A DNA stretch of 64,000 bases from Tubiluchus corallicola (GCA_030141605.1 JAQGDQ010000042.1:868001-932000); one strand, 5' to 3'. Positions 1 to 53,019 are shown, numbered from the stretch's first letter. Notes: generated by a model not told the origin, from the sequence alone. A program made the numbers and translations.

Positions 1-196
1 GTTATTTTTTAAAATGAGAAATTTTACGGAATGAATACCTTTTATTCTATCACCGCCATTTTTATTTTGCAAAGCTCATTGAGAAATGAAGCAAAAAATA
101 TATGCAAAATCATTTCTCGTATTCTTTTTCGTATTTGCATCAGTTGTAAAAAACACAGGCTGAACTTTACTATTTCCCAAACAAAAGAAATTATTT

Positions 197-265
197 CGTG
201 AAACGGTTTAGGGTTAGGGTTAGTGTTGGTGTTAGTGTTGGGGTATTTGAATTGTGCGGGGAATT
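197..265 (+). repeat. Partial copy of the TTAGGG-core element
   Basis: CGTGAAACGGTTTAGGGTTAGGGTTAG...AATTGTGCGGGGAATT parallels 5540-5614. Confidence 0.55.
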
Positions 266-770
266 AACGTCTAACTTAATGTCAGTCATTTTCGTTGATT
301 GCCCAATCAGCGTGCAAGTTATTTTGCACCCCTGCAGAGCTTAATTAACGCAGGTCGGGACGTTTATCTACAGTTGCGTCTAATACTGTTGTGAAAAATC
401 TCAACTTTTCATTAGTTAGCGGGAGAAATGTTGGTTCTAGATTTTATTATTGTCAATTGAAATTGCAAGTGAAATAGTGGAAATATATAGTTTAGTTTCG
501 TTTATAGGAAAAAATGCACAACGCTTACGTCTATGACTTGCTGATTAAACCGTTTTGCAATCAAGAAAATACGCAGTTTAGTTTAGTCTATGGCTTTGCA
601 AGTTAGACAAAAACAACTATTTGATTAGCTTTAAATAAGGACAAAATAAAATGTTTTCTTTTTTGACCAGTTTTTATGAACCTTAATGAGATCTTCACAG
701 TCAAAATTAATTCTAATGTGGTTAAAACTTATATTATACATCAATGTAATATTAATTAATTTTACGTTAT

Positions 771-855
771 TTTTCTGGCTATAATCATGGTTAAAAGATG
801 CCATGTGACTTATGTGACTCGGGTGTTCAATATAAGGGTCGTCTATGAATAGAAC
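771..855 (+). repeat. Direct repeat copy A flanking the PST exon
   Basis: TTTTCTGGC.ATAATCATGGTTAAAAGATGCCATGTGACTTATG...GACTCGGG..TTCAATATAA..GTCGTCTATG shared with 2432-2526. Confidence 0.85.
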
Positions 856-1533
856 AATCACATTTATTCCATTTCTGTAGCCCGACAAACGAAAAAATAC
901 AAAAACTAAATAAATCTTGCAGAGAACACGTGATCAGTTAATACAGAAAAATGCATCGCAGGCATGATGTTCGTATGTTTTAAAGGCAAGAGAGACTAAC
1001 TATTTTTGTTGCTCATTTATTGTTAAGCAAGGCAAACTGGCTTAGTTGCTTTATTATACTTATGTCTCTGTATTTTGTAGTCCTTTGAAACTTCGTTTCT
1101 ACATTCTGATTAAATTGAAAAGTCATTTTTTGACTACTTGAAATGTTAATTTCGTGTAAAAATAGCTGCTGCTCTGCAAATTTGTGTTTATAAAAAAGTA
1201 CAACCAGTTTAGTTGCTGATTGGACATTAGCTGTGACTGTCATGATGTTTAGTTTAGTTTAGTTTAACTTAGACAGTTGTTGTCGTTCGTGAGCTGTTGT
1301 CTTGAATGCTGCTGAGCGTGCTACGTTACAGCGGGGGCGGAGCGATAGACCAATATGTTTGACGTTAATTGTAAACTCCTTCCAAAGTCTCTCCTAAATA
1401 TATGGGGTTTATCCAGTAAAACGTTTACAGTGTAAAGTAATCTTTTTGTCTTAATTTTCATATTAATAATAGATTTACTTTATACTTTTCCAATGCTAGT
1501 TACTAATATCAACAAATGAAAATACTAACCAAC

Positions 1534-39444
<37,911 letters not shown>

Positions 39445-42400
39445 TGTATTGTGTTGGCTGTAGCCAGCACAGGGTTTTTGGACAAACGGCTCCAGTAGGC
39501 TGTGTGGGCGAGCACAATACCTTCCGTCACGTGTCTGAAATTGAAAATAATTTTTTAGATATAATGAAATTACTTTATATAATATCAATTTTTCTACATC
39601 ACTGGAATGAAGAAGTATATGAAAACTCGCACATAGTAAAATTTCGCCAAAACTCTGTGTGGTTCATTTTATGTGACCCGAAGAAGAGAGCAATCGTTTC
39701 TTGAAACCTCACTGACCTCAAAAATTATTATTAATAAACCTTGCGATTACCTATCTCTTTAACTTTTACTTATGCATACACAATACTGCTCAGCAATTCG
39801 TCTGAAAGACAGCCTGTTGTACATATAGAGTATGTAGCTGAATATGTCACACATTCGGGTTACATTGTGCATCTGATACTAATTACACAGACTCAACTTT
39901 CATCTACCCCCGCCTCTGACTCCATAAAACGATTAAAAATGAAATTTTTTAAAAAAATTATGCAATGTAATACGTGTTATGTTAGTTTTGTAATGTCAAA
40001 TGTATAAATAGTGTAAATGTAATGAGTGAAATTTATGTAATGTAAAGCATGTTTCTGTTAATTGTGTCATGTCAAATGTATATATAGTGTAAAATATGTC
40101 ATGTAAAATTTAATGTACGTTTGTAATATTGTTTTCTAAAAATATTTTAATATGGTGTTTGTAAATATGTTCATTCATTGTATATAATTAGGCCTTAGTT
40201 TTGCACTTTTGTTTTTTTAGTATGCACTGGACGCATTTGTCTTGAACAGTTTTGTTATTTTAACATTACACCGAGGCTTACTCAATTTTATTATAATGAG
40301 TGAACCATTTTAATGACAAATAAAGAATTAATATATATATATATATATATGTATATTCATTGCCGTAAGAAATAACTGTTATATTCAACAACTCATTATA
40401 TTCATTTTATAATCATGTTAGCGCGAATAGAATGTTATCGATAATGTGAAATATAAGTTTCGAATTATCTGGCTCATGTTACTGAATATTCAACATAGCC
40501 AAATAGACGTTCGTGTTCATAATATGGATGTAATGTAAAATGAGAAACGTAGAGTGAAGCATGTGTGTACAATGCGGGCGAGGAAGTGATTGTTAGGCCA
40601 TGCTTTGCAATGTTCAAAGTCTATAAGATTACATAGAGAATCAAGTAAAGGCCACATATAACAATTGTTATACGCATGCAATATCTGAGCATATTATAGA
40701 GCTTGTGGCTTTCGACAGCACCTGTGTGAGGAAATTTGGATATCAGGGAATTAAACACAATTAGTCTTACATAAACTTGTTTTTTTAATAATTTCGTAGT
40801 AATTTGCTCATAACGCTTTAAATTTTTTTATATAATTTTATATAATAATATTCATTCTGTGTAACAATTAAATAATTTAATAAATGCATACCATATGCAC
40901 ACAATAAAAGAATTATTTTCTTTTCTGTTTGGTTATGTAGAAATGGGCCACGATTAGGATGCAGAAATAACACAAAGTTCTTGTCAAATAGGCCACAATT
41001 GGGCGGTGAAATGACCACAGAAAATTCAAAATACCATAATACTGAAATTTCCAATTACAGAAATATTTTAGAAAAAGTCGAAACAAGTTTTGTCTGGTTT
41101 TTAATTGAGCCAAGGATTGTAGTCACTGTATATTTATTAAACTATTGCTTAATAGCTTTTTGAAAATTTAGCATTTTTCATTGTTGTTTGTGAAGCGAAT
41201 GTTCAGTATAAAAATACATGGAGAGTTAAATAGCTTTTTAAACTATTGCTAAAAAAAACCGTCGCAGTAAAAGTTGTTGTAGTTAATGACATAGGGTAGA
41301 GCAGCTTTATGCTTTATGTGGGGCATAGTTTTTTAATTCAGATTCTACAAGTAGCTGCAATATCGTAATTATCGTAATTAATAACTAAACAAATTAAAAT
41401 ACAATAGCAGAATCTTTGTTATTATTAATAACATAATCAGTACATTTTAGCATCTGCTCTAAAATATTCAAACCGTCATTAAAAGATTGTTATAATTGCT
41501 TTAAAAAAAGTTTTCTGCTATGGGTTAATAAGAAGTTAAAACCTCTTAAGTGATTTGGTACAAAGAAGAATTTAAAAATTCGATTAACAACAGCATCATC
41601 ATCATTATCACCAACAAAATCAACAATATCAGCGGCAATTTTTTACTGCTGGCGTAGGGAGCCTCTATCACGCATATCTATTATACTCCAGTAATACTAC
41701 TAAGTCTGAGTATGTGATCTTAGAACTCTAGTGGATTCGCGTCAGCACTGAAAGTGTCTAAACAACAAAGACTGATTGTATTTTAATGACAATGCCATGC
41801 AGGTCTTTCTGATTGATTACGCAAATAGTTTCACCTACAAGTGTATTGCAAAAAATTGCTAAATTTGTTACTATAGATGTTGACTCTTTCTACATTCGCG
41901 TTTGTTCTGTGCGAAATATCTAGGTATATTTAAATGTCAGCTTTAGTAAATTTTGCAAAAGACAGAAATATCATACTATTAATTTTTTTCCCTATTTAAA
42001 ACCAGTAGCCATTGTGATATGGTGATAATATCCTATTGTAGTAACTGGCAAAAATTACAGCGAATTTTTGCTGATTTCACAAAGTTATCTAGTTATAATG
42101 TATGTAAATAAAATAATAAAATTGTGTAGAAAAGTAAAGAAAAAATTTAGGTTGAAATGGCGATCAATGTTGTTTTAATTCTTACACAAACACTATTTAA
42201 TATTCTGTTCGTCTATGGTAAAAGCAAAGAGCATTTCTTTGTTGCGTTAATTGTGTCATAATAGGATAAGCCAACATGAAAAACATATTAATAAACCATC
42301 AACGAATCGACAAATATATTGGGGCGTCTAATACATATATAATTGTGTATGCGTAATTTAAAAGATAGTCTAACATAATTCAGTGTTAATTTGTCTGTAT

Positions 42401-45400
42401 AAGCATTATTGATCAGGATCAATAGAAATGATAAAATCTTTAATATTTTATATGTTCGGACTTAAAACAATTTAAAAATTGCTCTAATTATGGTTGAGCC
42501 TGCGAAATGTTAAAATGTTATACTATACTGAATTATTACATAATGATAAATTTTCTAATGATATGATTTTTATATGATAGTAGCATACACAATCTAATTT
42601 AAAAATCTTATATAGTTAAGGTTTTTAAGAGGGCATTAGAATTTAAAGTAAATTTTGTACAGTAATTAAATGTCTATATTAAAACTTGTGTTGTGTAAAG
42701 AAGTATTACTGAGTTATTTCTAACAGAAATAGTGAATTTTTTTGGACAAATAGTACTACATGAAATAATCTAGGCTACTACGCATGATGCTACTTATAAT
42801 TTTCTTTTCCAACAGGTGTAGGTTAATATCAGCAAGATGATTCCACCAGTAAATTATCATTTCCTGACAAAATTTGCAATGATAAAAGGCACGCTTATAA
42901 TAATTTACTCTATGTTGCTATATGTATGCGTATATTTAAATGCAAGTAATTTCGATAGTACAATTAAGTTTTATTTAACAGTACAACGCGACATTATATC
43001 TATGTTATCTAGCTTTCATTGAAAAATACAAAACGTTATTTAGGTTTTACTTTCCTTAACCATATTTATAAAAAATGTACATCTTTTGTGTCACCTGAAA
43101 TGAAAATTATGACTAACTTACGCTTAATCTGCTGTTCTGTCATTCACACAAGTGATATACATAAACGAACCCACACAGGTAGATTTACTTGGATGCAAAA
43201 CTCACTTTTTATCACTATTATTTTCGATATATTGAATTAGGTATTCACGAGAAAATCTTGCATGTAAGGTGCGCACATTATTTTGGTCGATTAATATGAA
43301 TCACCAGCATTATAGCGCGAGGGGCTGATTCCTTCATGCCGATGACGTCACTCACTTCAGCCAATAGGAATACCCTTACTACTCGGACGTTTTTAAGAAG
43401 CTGAACGAAATAATAGTAACTTAAATATAATCGGAAAAATGCAAACACGTAGGTTGAAATAAGTACATGTATTTGTTAGTACTATGCACAGACTATGTGC
43501 AAAGACATCTTAAATTATATGATGTTCAGTCGTTGCGTTTCGTGTCCATTGCTGCATGACGACCTAACTCTATAAAGTTCACATTATAGTATTTAATCTT
43601 TTGTGACATTTCTGGTTAACAAGAAGGGCATTGACAGATAATTTTATTTAAGTGTCAAATAAATTTTGCTAGAAATAGTTATGCAATAGCATTTCAAAGG
43701 TATTATCAGAAAAACAGATAGAGAGCTAATATCACTATTAAATTTACAACAAAACTTTTAAACTGTGTGTTAATTCCGCAGAGCGTTCGCCAACCTGCAG
43801 ACATTATATTTACAATAGTAACAGCTTTTGTAAATGTCTTGACATTCTTAGATATTTTAGATAGTTAAGTCATTATTATTATGTGCGTACCTTAGTTACT
43901 ATTTATTATGTGACGTTAATAACGATACTAAGCACAGTTTCAAGCGTCGTTTTTTGTCTAGGATAAATAGAGTTATTTGTTTAACATACACGTGTACCGA
44001 TTATCCGTTTAAAAGGGATTTTCTGACAACAGAACTGGTCAGGTTGAATAAGAATTATAATCCGAGCTCAAAAGTGTCAACAACTCTATTCAAGTTTGTG
44101 TACTGAAGCACTTGAGTTGAATAAGAAGCAAACAGTAGTTAGGGGTACCGCAAGATTCAACACGTGGACCGCTCTTATGTACGATTTATTTTTCAGGGAA
44201 TAAACCACGCGACAGTTACACATCGAAAGCGACAATGAAGCGGCTTAATTCATTATGCGCCTACATTATGCGCAGCATTGTACATACGTTTCTGTGTCAT
44301 ATAAGATACGATTATTAATAATAGAAATTTGTAATTGAAAATTATAAACGTACCATTGTTTAAGATTCTCAAAATTGTACTTCTTCTCTTTTCCTGGCTC
44401 AAGTACAGAAACTTATTGGTATTAAGCTACACGTTTGCGGTTTCGTGATTATTATTGTACATTTGACGTAATTCACGTATCGCACGTCAATTTCACAGTT
44501 GAATTTCACTACAGGAACACCAACGTTATAAGAAACATTTCAATCGCCCGGCATAGTAAAATCTCAGTATTATTGCAAAATCGTTCAACTATATCCAACC
44601 ACAAGCCGGTAAACGAAGAGGCAATCTTGACAAAAGATAAATCTAGACTCATAATCGCAGGCAGGCTGATTAATAGGCCCCAAACCCGCGATATATTATG
44701 CGGCGAAAATCGCCTTCTTTACAATTTCTTTATGAGCGCTGGAACCCTGGCGAGGTGAACAGTATACCTCGCTTGAGTCCTCCCTACTGAGACTAGTGTT
44801 AACGTCTGAATACGCACATAAATTAGAACTTTGTAAAGGCCCAAATGTGTATTGTAGACCAGGTCATAGAATTCCACCCAGGACTATAAGCAGCAATTGA
44901 AGAAATGTTTTTGAACAGTAGTAGTGTCGATTTCAAAATATGGTTAGTAAAACAGACAATTACGTGATGCAACAAACTGTAGAAATGTACGACTACAAAA
45001 CGTCTCTTCAATTTTCTTCAACTGAAACAAGATTTTCAATTTTGTCTTCAATTTATTTACAGCGGTGCACGTCTATTCACAAGCAAAATGTACAAAATGC
45101 ACAAACACCGCGCAAACGTCTGGAATGATGATATGCTGGAAAAAACATCACCATTTTGACACCAATCTTTGTAATTTATCAAGCAAACAATCGTCGTTCA
45201 GGACAACTGTCGTCCCGGACAACAGGCGCGGTATTTTTGACTCCAGGCTCTTCTGAAGAAAGAAGTAAAGGGATCGTTTGAATTCAATTAATTCCTTTCA
45301 CTGCTAACACGCAGTACAGAAGCACTAAACATGGATACAGTATTCTTAAAGAAAATTTATCTCTCAAAATGAAAGTTTTCCGTGGCACCCTGGAAAGCTC

Positions 45401-45755
45401 TGAATGGGCAGTGACTTTCACGGGATGTTCTTGTATTTTTTTATTTATCTGACTCATGTTTTTGTATGCGTGCTGAATTTAACTTTTAAGAGTCATTTGA
45501 CTGTTGTCGACGAATTTATACGGAATACGTAACAGCTTTTACTAAAATAAACATGGAATGTTTACTAAATCTTGTTTATTATTATTGAAAGTCTAGATTT
45601 AAAAAATTAAAGTTCTGCAAACTAATTTATAGTTTTCCTTTTTTCGGTATGAGATCGATGCTCATATCAAATCAATAAGTAAGTAAGCTTCAATTGCCAA
45701 TTTTTATTATTAACTAAAGAAACTAAAAATGAGAAACAAATAACCAATTTCTTAC

Positions 45756-46176
45756 CAAAACTGTGACGCCAATTTTCGCCTATTACAGTCGTCTAATGGG
45801 AAAAAGACAGGCTCATTAAAATCTCGTCTGCATATCGCGCTCTCTTTTCCAACTGGAAAGCAACAGATGAGGAAATATGTCTCCCTGCGGGTAAGTCCAC
45901 AAGCGTCCAGCTGATCTTACAATTGTTTTCACACGAGTAGATCGTACTATTCCACAACAAATTCGATGTTTTGAGAACTTATGAAATAAAAATTCACCAG
46001 GAGAACTTTTTGAGAATAAATAATTATAGTCGTTAGAAGTAGACAAGTTTTGAAAATGAATAAACAATGCTACAATGAAATATGCTACCAGCACACGCGC
46101 CCTAAGCACTTGAGTTTGAACTGAGTGCCTATCAAGTCTAAAATCTAACCTAAACAGGTATATACTTCACACCAAT
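45756..46176 (-). promoter_or_regulatory. Possible second promoter and 5'-UTR exon
   Basis: TCAGTT initiator (A at 46122), CCAAT at 46172-46176, donor TTG|GTAAGA at 45755, and a strong downstream acceptor CCCTTTACTTCTTTCTTCAG| at 45253. No correctly spaced TATA box. Confidence 0.3.
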
Positions 46177-49100
46177 CCTCAAACATACTATTACAAAGTG
46201 AAGTCAGAAGATGGCTGGGACTGCATAAATCCTGGCCCTGTTTACTGGCTTTTGTTCAAAGTTGCTAAACCTCATCATAGGAGGAGGAGTTACATTGTGC
46301 TAGTGAGAATAGAGCTATCTACTACGGCTTACAACCTTTACTTGAGGACGACCAAAATGTTCAATTAACTCTTTCTTCGGCGATAGGGTTAATATGCTCT
46401 CTGTTATTAAGTGAGGCCCGGTTAATTGAAAGGCGTCGCCGAGTTGCAATTTTTAAAATCTGTTAACCCTTGAGCTATACGTCACTTTGCGTCACGGTCT
46501 CTATACCTCAACGTATTGCTTTTGATGTTCAAGTGATAAATAATGTTACAATAGCATAAATTTTGCTTTTCATAGAGACACAGAAAAGAGTAGCAACAGT
46601 GCGCATGCGTTTAAATGAACCGATAATGGGAGATAATTTGATGTTAAACAGAAAGATCGAATCAGTCCCTTCTAATTTATTTCGAATCATTTTCAAAGAA
46701 TTGCCTCGATTTTTGTAAATCTCTAGTTGCTCCTGTACGAAGTAGCTTCTCTCAGAAACATTTCTCACCATAGTCTTTTTTGCTTCGTATACGTCTAGGT
46801 AAAACACATTCTGCTGCTAATTTGTGGTCAATCATTAAATAAATAAATGGTCATGCTGTTTATATTCGTACCATAATTATCTTATTTTTTAATATTTACT
46901 CGAAATACCACGCGATTTAAAAATAGTTTGGAGATTCTATTACAGCATGCTGGTTTGTAGTGTCCAATGTTTTTGCTTCGAGAAATTCATCCATTGATGT
47001 TAAAAGATAAGATTTTGTCAGTTAGCGTGTTTTTATTTACATTTTGGCCGCATTTGTGTCTTTTCAAACAGCTGTTACAACTACCTCGTAATTAAAATGA
47101 CCATGTTACATTACTTACATTACTATTTAATTTTAAGTAAAACTTGGTAATTGTATATGCAGATGCCAATTCAGAACATAAACAAAACTGAACACGTACA
47201 TCGCGTTAATAACTTCACTCATTTGTTATGATCAATGCTATAATAATTATTAGTATTGTTATTTAAATAGCAGTCATGTGATAATAATATAATATTATAA
47301 TGGCACATTCTTGGAACGGAGACACTATTAATACGTGTATCTATTAATGCGCAAGGACATTATTTTGTAAAGCAAAACACAACGCAAAGTAGTTTTCAGA
47401 CTTTCGTAGTTATTTAGTTTTTGATCTTTATTCTTAGCGTCATCAGAGATTAGCATTTAAATAACGTTTAAGGATTAACAAACATGTTCACCATTGAACA
47501 CATTTTGTTTTTAATATGACAGGCGAGTACATCGATGCAGGGCACGAAAATTTCATTGTGCTTTACTAACTGAATTAAATCATCAGTCATATTTACAAAC
47601 TTGACGCTATAATTGGTGCTAATATTTTGTACTTAAGCAAATTATTATCCTAAAAGCACTCCAAAGTGATGGGTGTAAACCATAAAATAGCCTTCTAAGG
47701 TAACAATAGTTGCCGTGGGCTTTTCTGTAAGCTTTTAAATTCTTATATATTTTCTGTTTTAGTTTATCACGGGTTGCCATCTCTGTGTACAAAACATACC
47801 TGTATACGCTCACAGTCGAGTGATCCTAATCATCTAATCTAACCTATGCCGACAAAGCTTACCTGTCCCATTTAGTTTAAATCAAACTGTAAATATATTA
47901 GCGGGCGAATACTTTGAAAATTAAAACATCATAAGTGGCCTTGCCAGTTTTCGTTTTGAAAAAAATTGTTTATTTACTTAAAAAAGATAATATGAAGAAG
48001 AGAATTAAAAAATAAAAAAGTAATCAAATAAATAAAGTAGTAATTTAAAAAGTAGTAAAGTTAACGAATAAGTAAAAAAAGAAAAAGTAGTCATCGTTGT
48101 TACTCAGTGCTATAAACGGATAGCAGAAATACATAACACATGTTGTAATGCTGTAATTACAAAAACTGTCTTTGTTTAGAACTTAAATACAAATTTAAAA
48201 CGCAAAATTTTAAAATGCAGATCTAGTACAGAGGATGCATATCGATATGGTACAAAAGATTAAGTATTAGTTTCTCAACGTGTCTAGGTTGTAACGAAAT
48301 TTTAAGATCAGTAACTGTATAATTCTTGTAGGAGATCAGCCATGTCCTACCTTGCTTCGCACCTGTCTATCATTGATAATAAACCTATGATTAGTCAATT
48401 AGGAATAATTACATAGATTTGGAAATAATAGCGTACTGACTTTATGCTCCCATAGGTTATTATTCTACTAACAGCCCGCATGAGCCCTGTTCTAAAACAA
48501 TAAAATGGGGAAGTCCATACTAACAAGTTAATAATAGCGTTGTGCCGAGTTAATCTAACAGAGAAAAGCAACGCTAAAACAGAAGACGCGTTATGGTGGT
48601 TACGTTTATCAGCGTTATGAGTTCAGATTTTAGCCGATGAATAGTCATTAGCCGTAGAAATAAATTGTGCAAAATATTACATTTTAATTAATTGTAAAAT
48701 ATTGAAAATTTTTGTCCCTATAAATCGAATTTGTTCTCATAGTGACGTTAGGGTCATCTGCATACGCTACGTCTAATAAAAAATTTTGTGCTAACAAAGC
48801 ATTAAATTTCATATTTTGAAGCTCGTTCATTCAATAATCAACAGCTAGTTACAAAACGAACTGCAATCAAGAGGATTTTAATTCAGCGCGCGTCTTTATG
48901 TAATGTCAAATAGCGACCATTATTAACCCTTTGTGAATTACGCATACTTAACTAATTACCGAATTAACAATCTCCAATTATTATTCTTAAGTGTTGATGA
49001 CCTAAAAAAGTACAAGCTATGTGTGGCTATCATGAATAAGCGCCCATCCCACCAAGTCCAGTCTGACGCCAGTCGAATAAAAGGACGGGGCGAGCTTAAA

Positions 49101-52100
49101 TGAAATCCCACGCACGGGCGCACAGGTATTTGTCCCAAACAGCAAATAATTTCTCTAGTCCTTTCATAAGGAATAAGCTGCCTCAACTTTTAAAAGTACA
49201 ATTGCCGCAGCATACAAAGCTATGCTAATCTTTTTTCGTTTGTCTCTCTCACAAATGGCAAATTTTGCTGCCCTGGCTACTAGAAGAAACTTAATTTTGA
49301 AATTTTGAGTTTGAAATTTAATCAGTAAGATAAGAATACTTTCTTAGCCCGCTTTTATCTTTCTTGTGAGGTCATCTGCATTACCACGATTTTGCTATTT
49401 CAAGATCAGTCTCTTTTTCCATCTTTTTTTTACACTCAAAAAGTTTAAATATTTTTCGTCAAGCATAGAATGTCAAGGAAAATCAAGGATTTTATGCAAA
49501 CGCAAAGGCAAAATATATAGGAAGGTGTCCGCTCTTTGTAGGATAGCTTCAAGCAAATCACTATACTATATTTGTGAAATTAAACAAAATGATCTTAAAC
49601 GATGACAATTATTATTGTAATTTGAACCCACACCCAATAATACCTTTTGCTAATGTTAAACAACTTTATTTAAATTGAGTTGATAAAAGAACAAACTTTC
49701 TCTAACATTGTGTTGCTAATTCGCTATGCATATTATGAGCAACTTTATTGTACAAATTATCCCATGGAATTAGTCATAATGCTAAATTGCATCAGTTGAT
49801 CCATACATATTTGACCAGTTACGCTACACAGCTCTTGTTTACGGATTAATGGGCATCCTAGATTGAAAAAGCATTTAAAAATCTTTCAGTGAAGAAGTTT
49901 TTATATATTTATGGTATGAAGATTTCTCACTTCATGATGTGAATAACAACAAGAGAAAGAGAAACGGCCGAGAGAAAAAAAGACAGGAAAGGAGGGGAGA
50001 GGGAGGGAGAGCAAATGTAGAGGACTATAATGTGAGTGATATCTATATTAACTTCTTGCCCAGAATTTGGTGAAATAAAAAACTTTTGCCAACTTTTATC
50101 ACAGTTAGCTAGAAAAACCTCGCACAGTGCTATCTGCTGTTCATTTTTGGTAACAAAATCGTAAAATTAACTCCATTTTGTTTAGTATTATTATTATTAA
50201 AACATTTTAATGAACAAATAGAATAGAAAGGTGGCGGCATCTATTGCATTTGGTGGAGGGGGGCTGAAATTCGGCTTAAAATTGACAAGGAATACTCGTT
50301 TAGATTGAATTTTAGCTGACTTGTCTGAATTGATAATGTTAATCATAAATAACATCAATCTATATCATTTATGCTTCGTTATTGACATTTTGGTAAAAAA
50401 ATCACACCAAAGACCGTACACTGTACAGTGCCAACACTAAAGATAAAAATAGGCCTAGTTAGATGTAGCCTATCGTCATATTGCTTTTCCTTTCACTTAA
50501 AAAGCCTTTCTATGTAGTGTAATATCCCTGGATACGCTTTTTATTCACTCTTTTAAAACAGGTGTATAGGCTTTTAATTCTTTGTAACATCAAGACAAAG
50601 AGTAATGCGTTAGATTAATACAGGCGCTCTCTGATAAATAAATAAAACAGGAAATACTGAGTACATGTTGAAAGGCGGTCACGCGTTGGATTAGTATAAA
50701 ATAAAAGCTACTATTTATTATTAATACATTTTTCCGCGGGGCAAAAAGAGTGACTTCTAATAGTGACTCACTTACATTGAGGGGGTACGCTAGAGGAAAA
50801 GGAAAGGAGTAATAACAGTTTACTGGGTATGTAGTGAGGAATCTAGCGTTTTCTGTATCTTAAAGTAAAGCAAAGCAAAGTAAAAGCGTGCTTTGACTCG
50901 ATTGTTTACATAAAAATACGAGCAATAATGCTCCTTATCGGCTCTAATTAAGGTAAAATCTATATCCCTACATAAAGTCCTAGTTAATACACATTAACAT
51001 ACAGGTGTATAAAGACTGTTTAATGCATACATATATTTGATGATGCACTCGTATTGATCACTTATAATAGACAATACTGCCAGGTTAATGACTGGTTTCA
51101 CATAAAATAATAAAAAATAGTTTGTCGCTAAAATATTTACATAAGCAAGTTCTATCTCCCACTCATACTTTATTTTTTGAACGTATTCTATTCTCTACCA
51201 GAATTCTGCCTGTTCCACAGTAATGGGCCTTTGTATCTTAAAGCAATATTTCTTGCAAAAGTATCGATGTCATCATTAATAGCATCATGCACTTTATGTT
51301 ATAGTCTCAATAACAGTATTTGTATTAAGGTGAAATTATGAAATATTGTTGCTTGTAATATTTCAAATGTCATTTTGATGCTTAGCAAAGATATTGGGTT
51401 AAAAACCCACTGGGCATTTTCGCAGCTTTTAGACTAAAGCAACCAATACAGCATTGACAATGTTATTGAAATTCTATACAAATCCACGCTAACTGAAATT
51501 AAATCTCTCGAAACACTATAACGTGTTTTTATACCCTTAACAAAATGATTACAGCATTGTTAAATCCCTCTACTCAAGACTTCTGAGGAGGCATTATTAA
51601 ACTTGTAAAATCAAGCAATAAATTAAACAAGATTTTGTGAATTAGAAGATTTTTACTAGAAATTATAAAACAATTAGAATTTGGTTTATTATCATTTTTA
51701 TAGTTAATTTGCAGTCTCAAAATTTTTAATATCATAATTTTGAGGATAATGATTTTTTTGTAGTGTACTCGACTCTTAAACGCTTAAACTTCAATTGTTT
51801 ATTGTGTGTTATTACTAATGATGTAAATTTTAATATTTTTTATTCTTATAATAAATGACACCCTTAATTCTGGTTTGTATAATTTTATCTTGCCTTATAA
51901 GGGTGTGCAAACAGTCGTGGTTTGTTTTTGTTGTATAAAAATTTAGCGGTACCGTTAAAGACCCATCTGCCAAAATTAAATTTTTATTGTTTTAAAACAG
52001 AGATTGTCATTATACAATAAATATTTTCCACCCTGGCTTGATTGTTAAAATTAAAATGCACTTTTAAAGACAAACGCAGATGATTGGTGCAGAACATGCG

Positions 52101-52497
52101 TACGACTTACGACTCTTACGACGTCTGTCTAGTGGTTTGAGCTGCAACTGCTATGTGTTGCCATGGCACTGTGTCGCAACTTTAGGTCTGTGTAATGCAA
52201 TGCAATATCTTATTTTTGTTTGAAAATAAATTTTAAAGGAGCCTGCTTCATGAGGGAAAACTGAAATGCCATGCACATGTGCTACACAGCAGCAGCCCGC
52301 AAGTCAGAAGGGAGTTTTACACTTGTTACATAAGGTTTGAAATACTTTAGAATATTAAAATTAAAATAGATTAGTTTACTAATCTAAATTCACATGGTGT
52401 AAATATTGTCAGTATCTACGCCATTGTTAGCTCTATTAGCTTGCTAAGAAAAAAAGAGAATGCATTTAGTGTAACAAAAATGCTGCAACATTTCTTC

Positions 52498-52723
52498 TTA
52501 AGCAGCGCTTACCTAGCATCCAGTATGCGTATGCGTTATGCTTTATCCACCTGCGGAATAGCTGCAGAACAAAAATGAATAGGAAATAGCTGCAGAACAA
52601 AAAATAACGCATAACTCAAGTCTGATAAACGGGTGCATAAGAAAACAATATAAACCGATTTTATCTATTCCGCATCCACATAACGCATACGCGTTCCGTA
52701 AATGCTAGGTAAATGCCACTTAA
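52498..52723. mobile_element. TTAA-flanked MITE
   Basis: TTAAGCAGCGCTTACCTAGCAT ... ATGCTAGGTAAATGCCACTTAA inverted termini; internal GGAA(A)TAGCTGCAGAAC duplication; partial copy at 30840-30965. Confidence 0.75.
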
Positions 52724-52933
52724 CTGAGTTGCTTGTATGATTCTATGCAAGTTCCTCATGCTACATTTAGTTATTATTGCATATCGCCCTGCGCTGTTTT
52801 AGACAACAATAACAAAAAAAAACTGATCAAGTTAAACTTCAATTATCTTTGTACAATTTACGCGCAATGATAACAAGATTAATGTATTAGACGCTCATGT
52901 GTGAAATCAGAGTAATGTAAAAGTGAAACTTAC

Positions 52934-53019
52934 TGTGGATAATCGAACTGTTGCTTGATTTTCCGCGGATCTGGCCTCACTGCGCTTTAGACTGCATCAC
53001 GCTGGTCTGAACCTTCACT
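52934..53019 (-). other. Candidate non-coding first exon of Pax6 (86 nt)
   Basis: Runs from the Inr to a consensus donor CACA|GTAAGT at 52933. Contains a uORF ATG CAG TCT AAA GCG CAG TGA (52997-52977). Confidence 0.55.

Noticed and set aside
1-1533. Terminal Pax6 exon (LISPGVSVPVQVPG...YWPRLQ-like)
   Set aside because: Not found on the minus strand here; presumed to lie left of the window.
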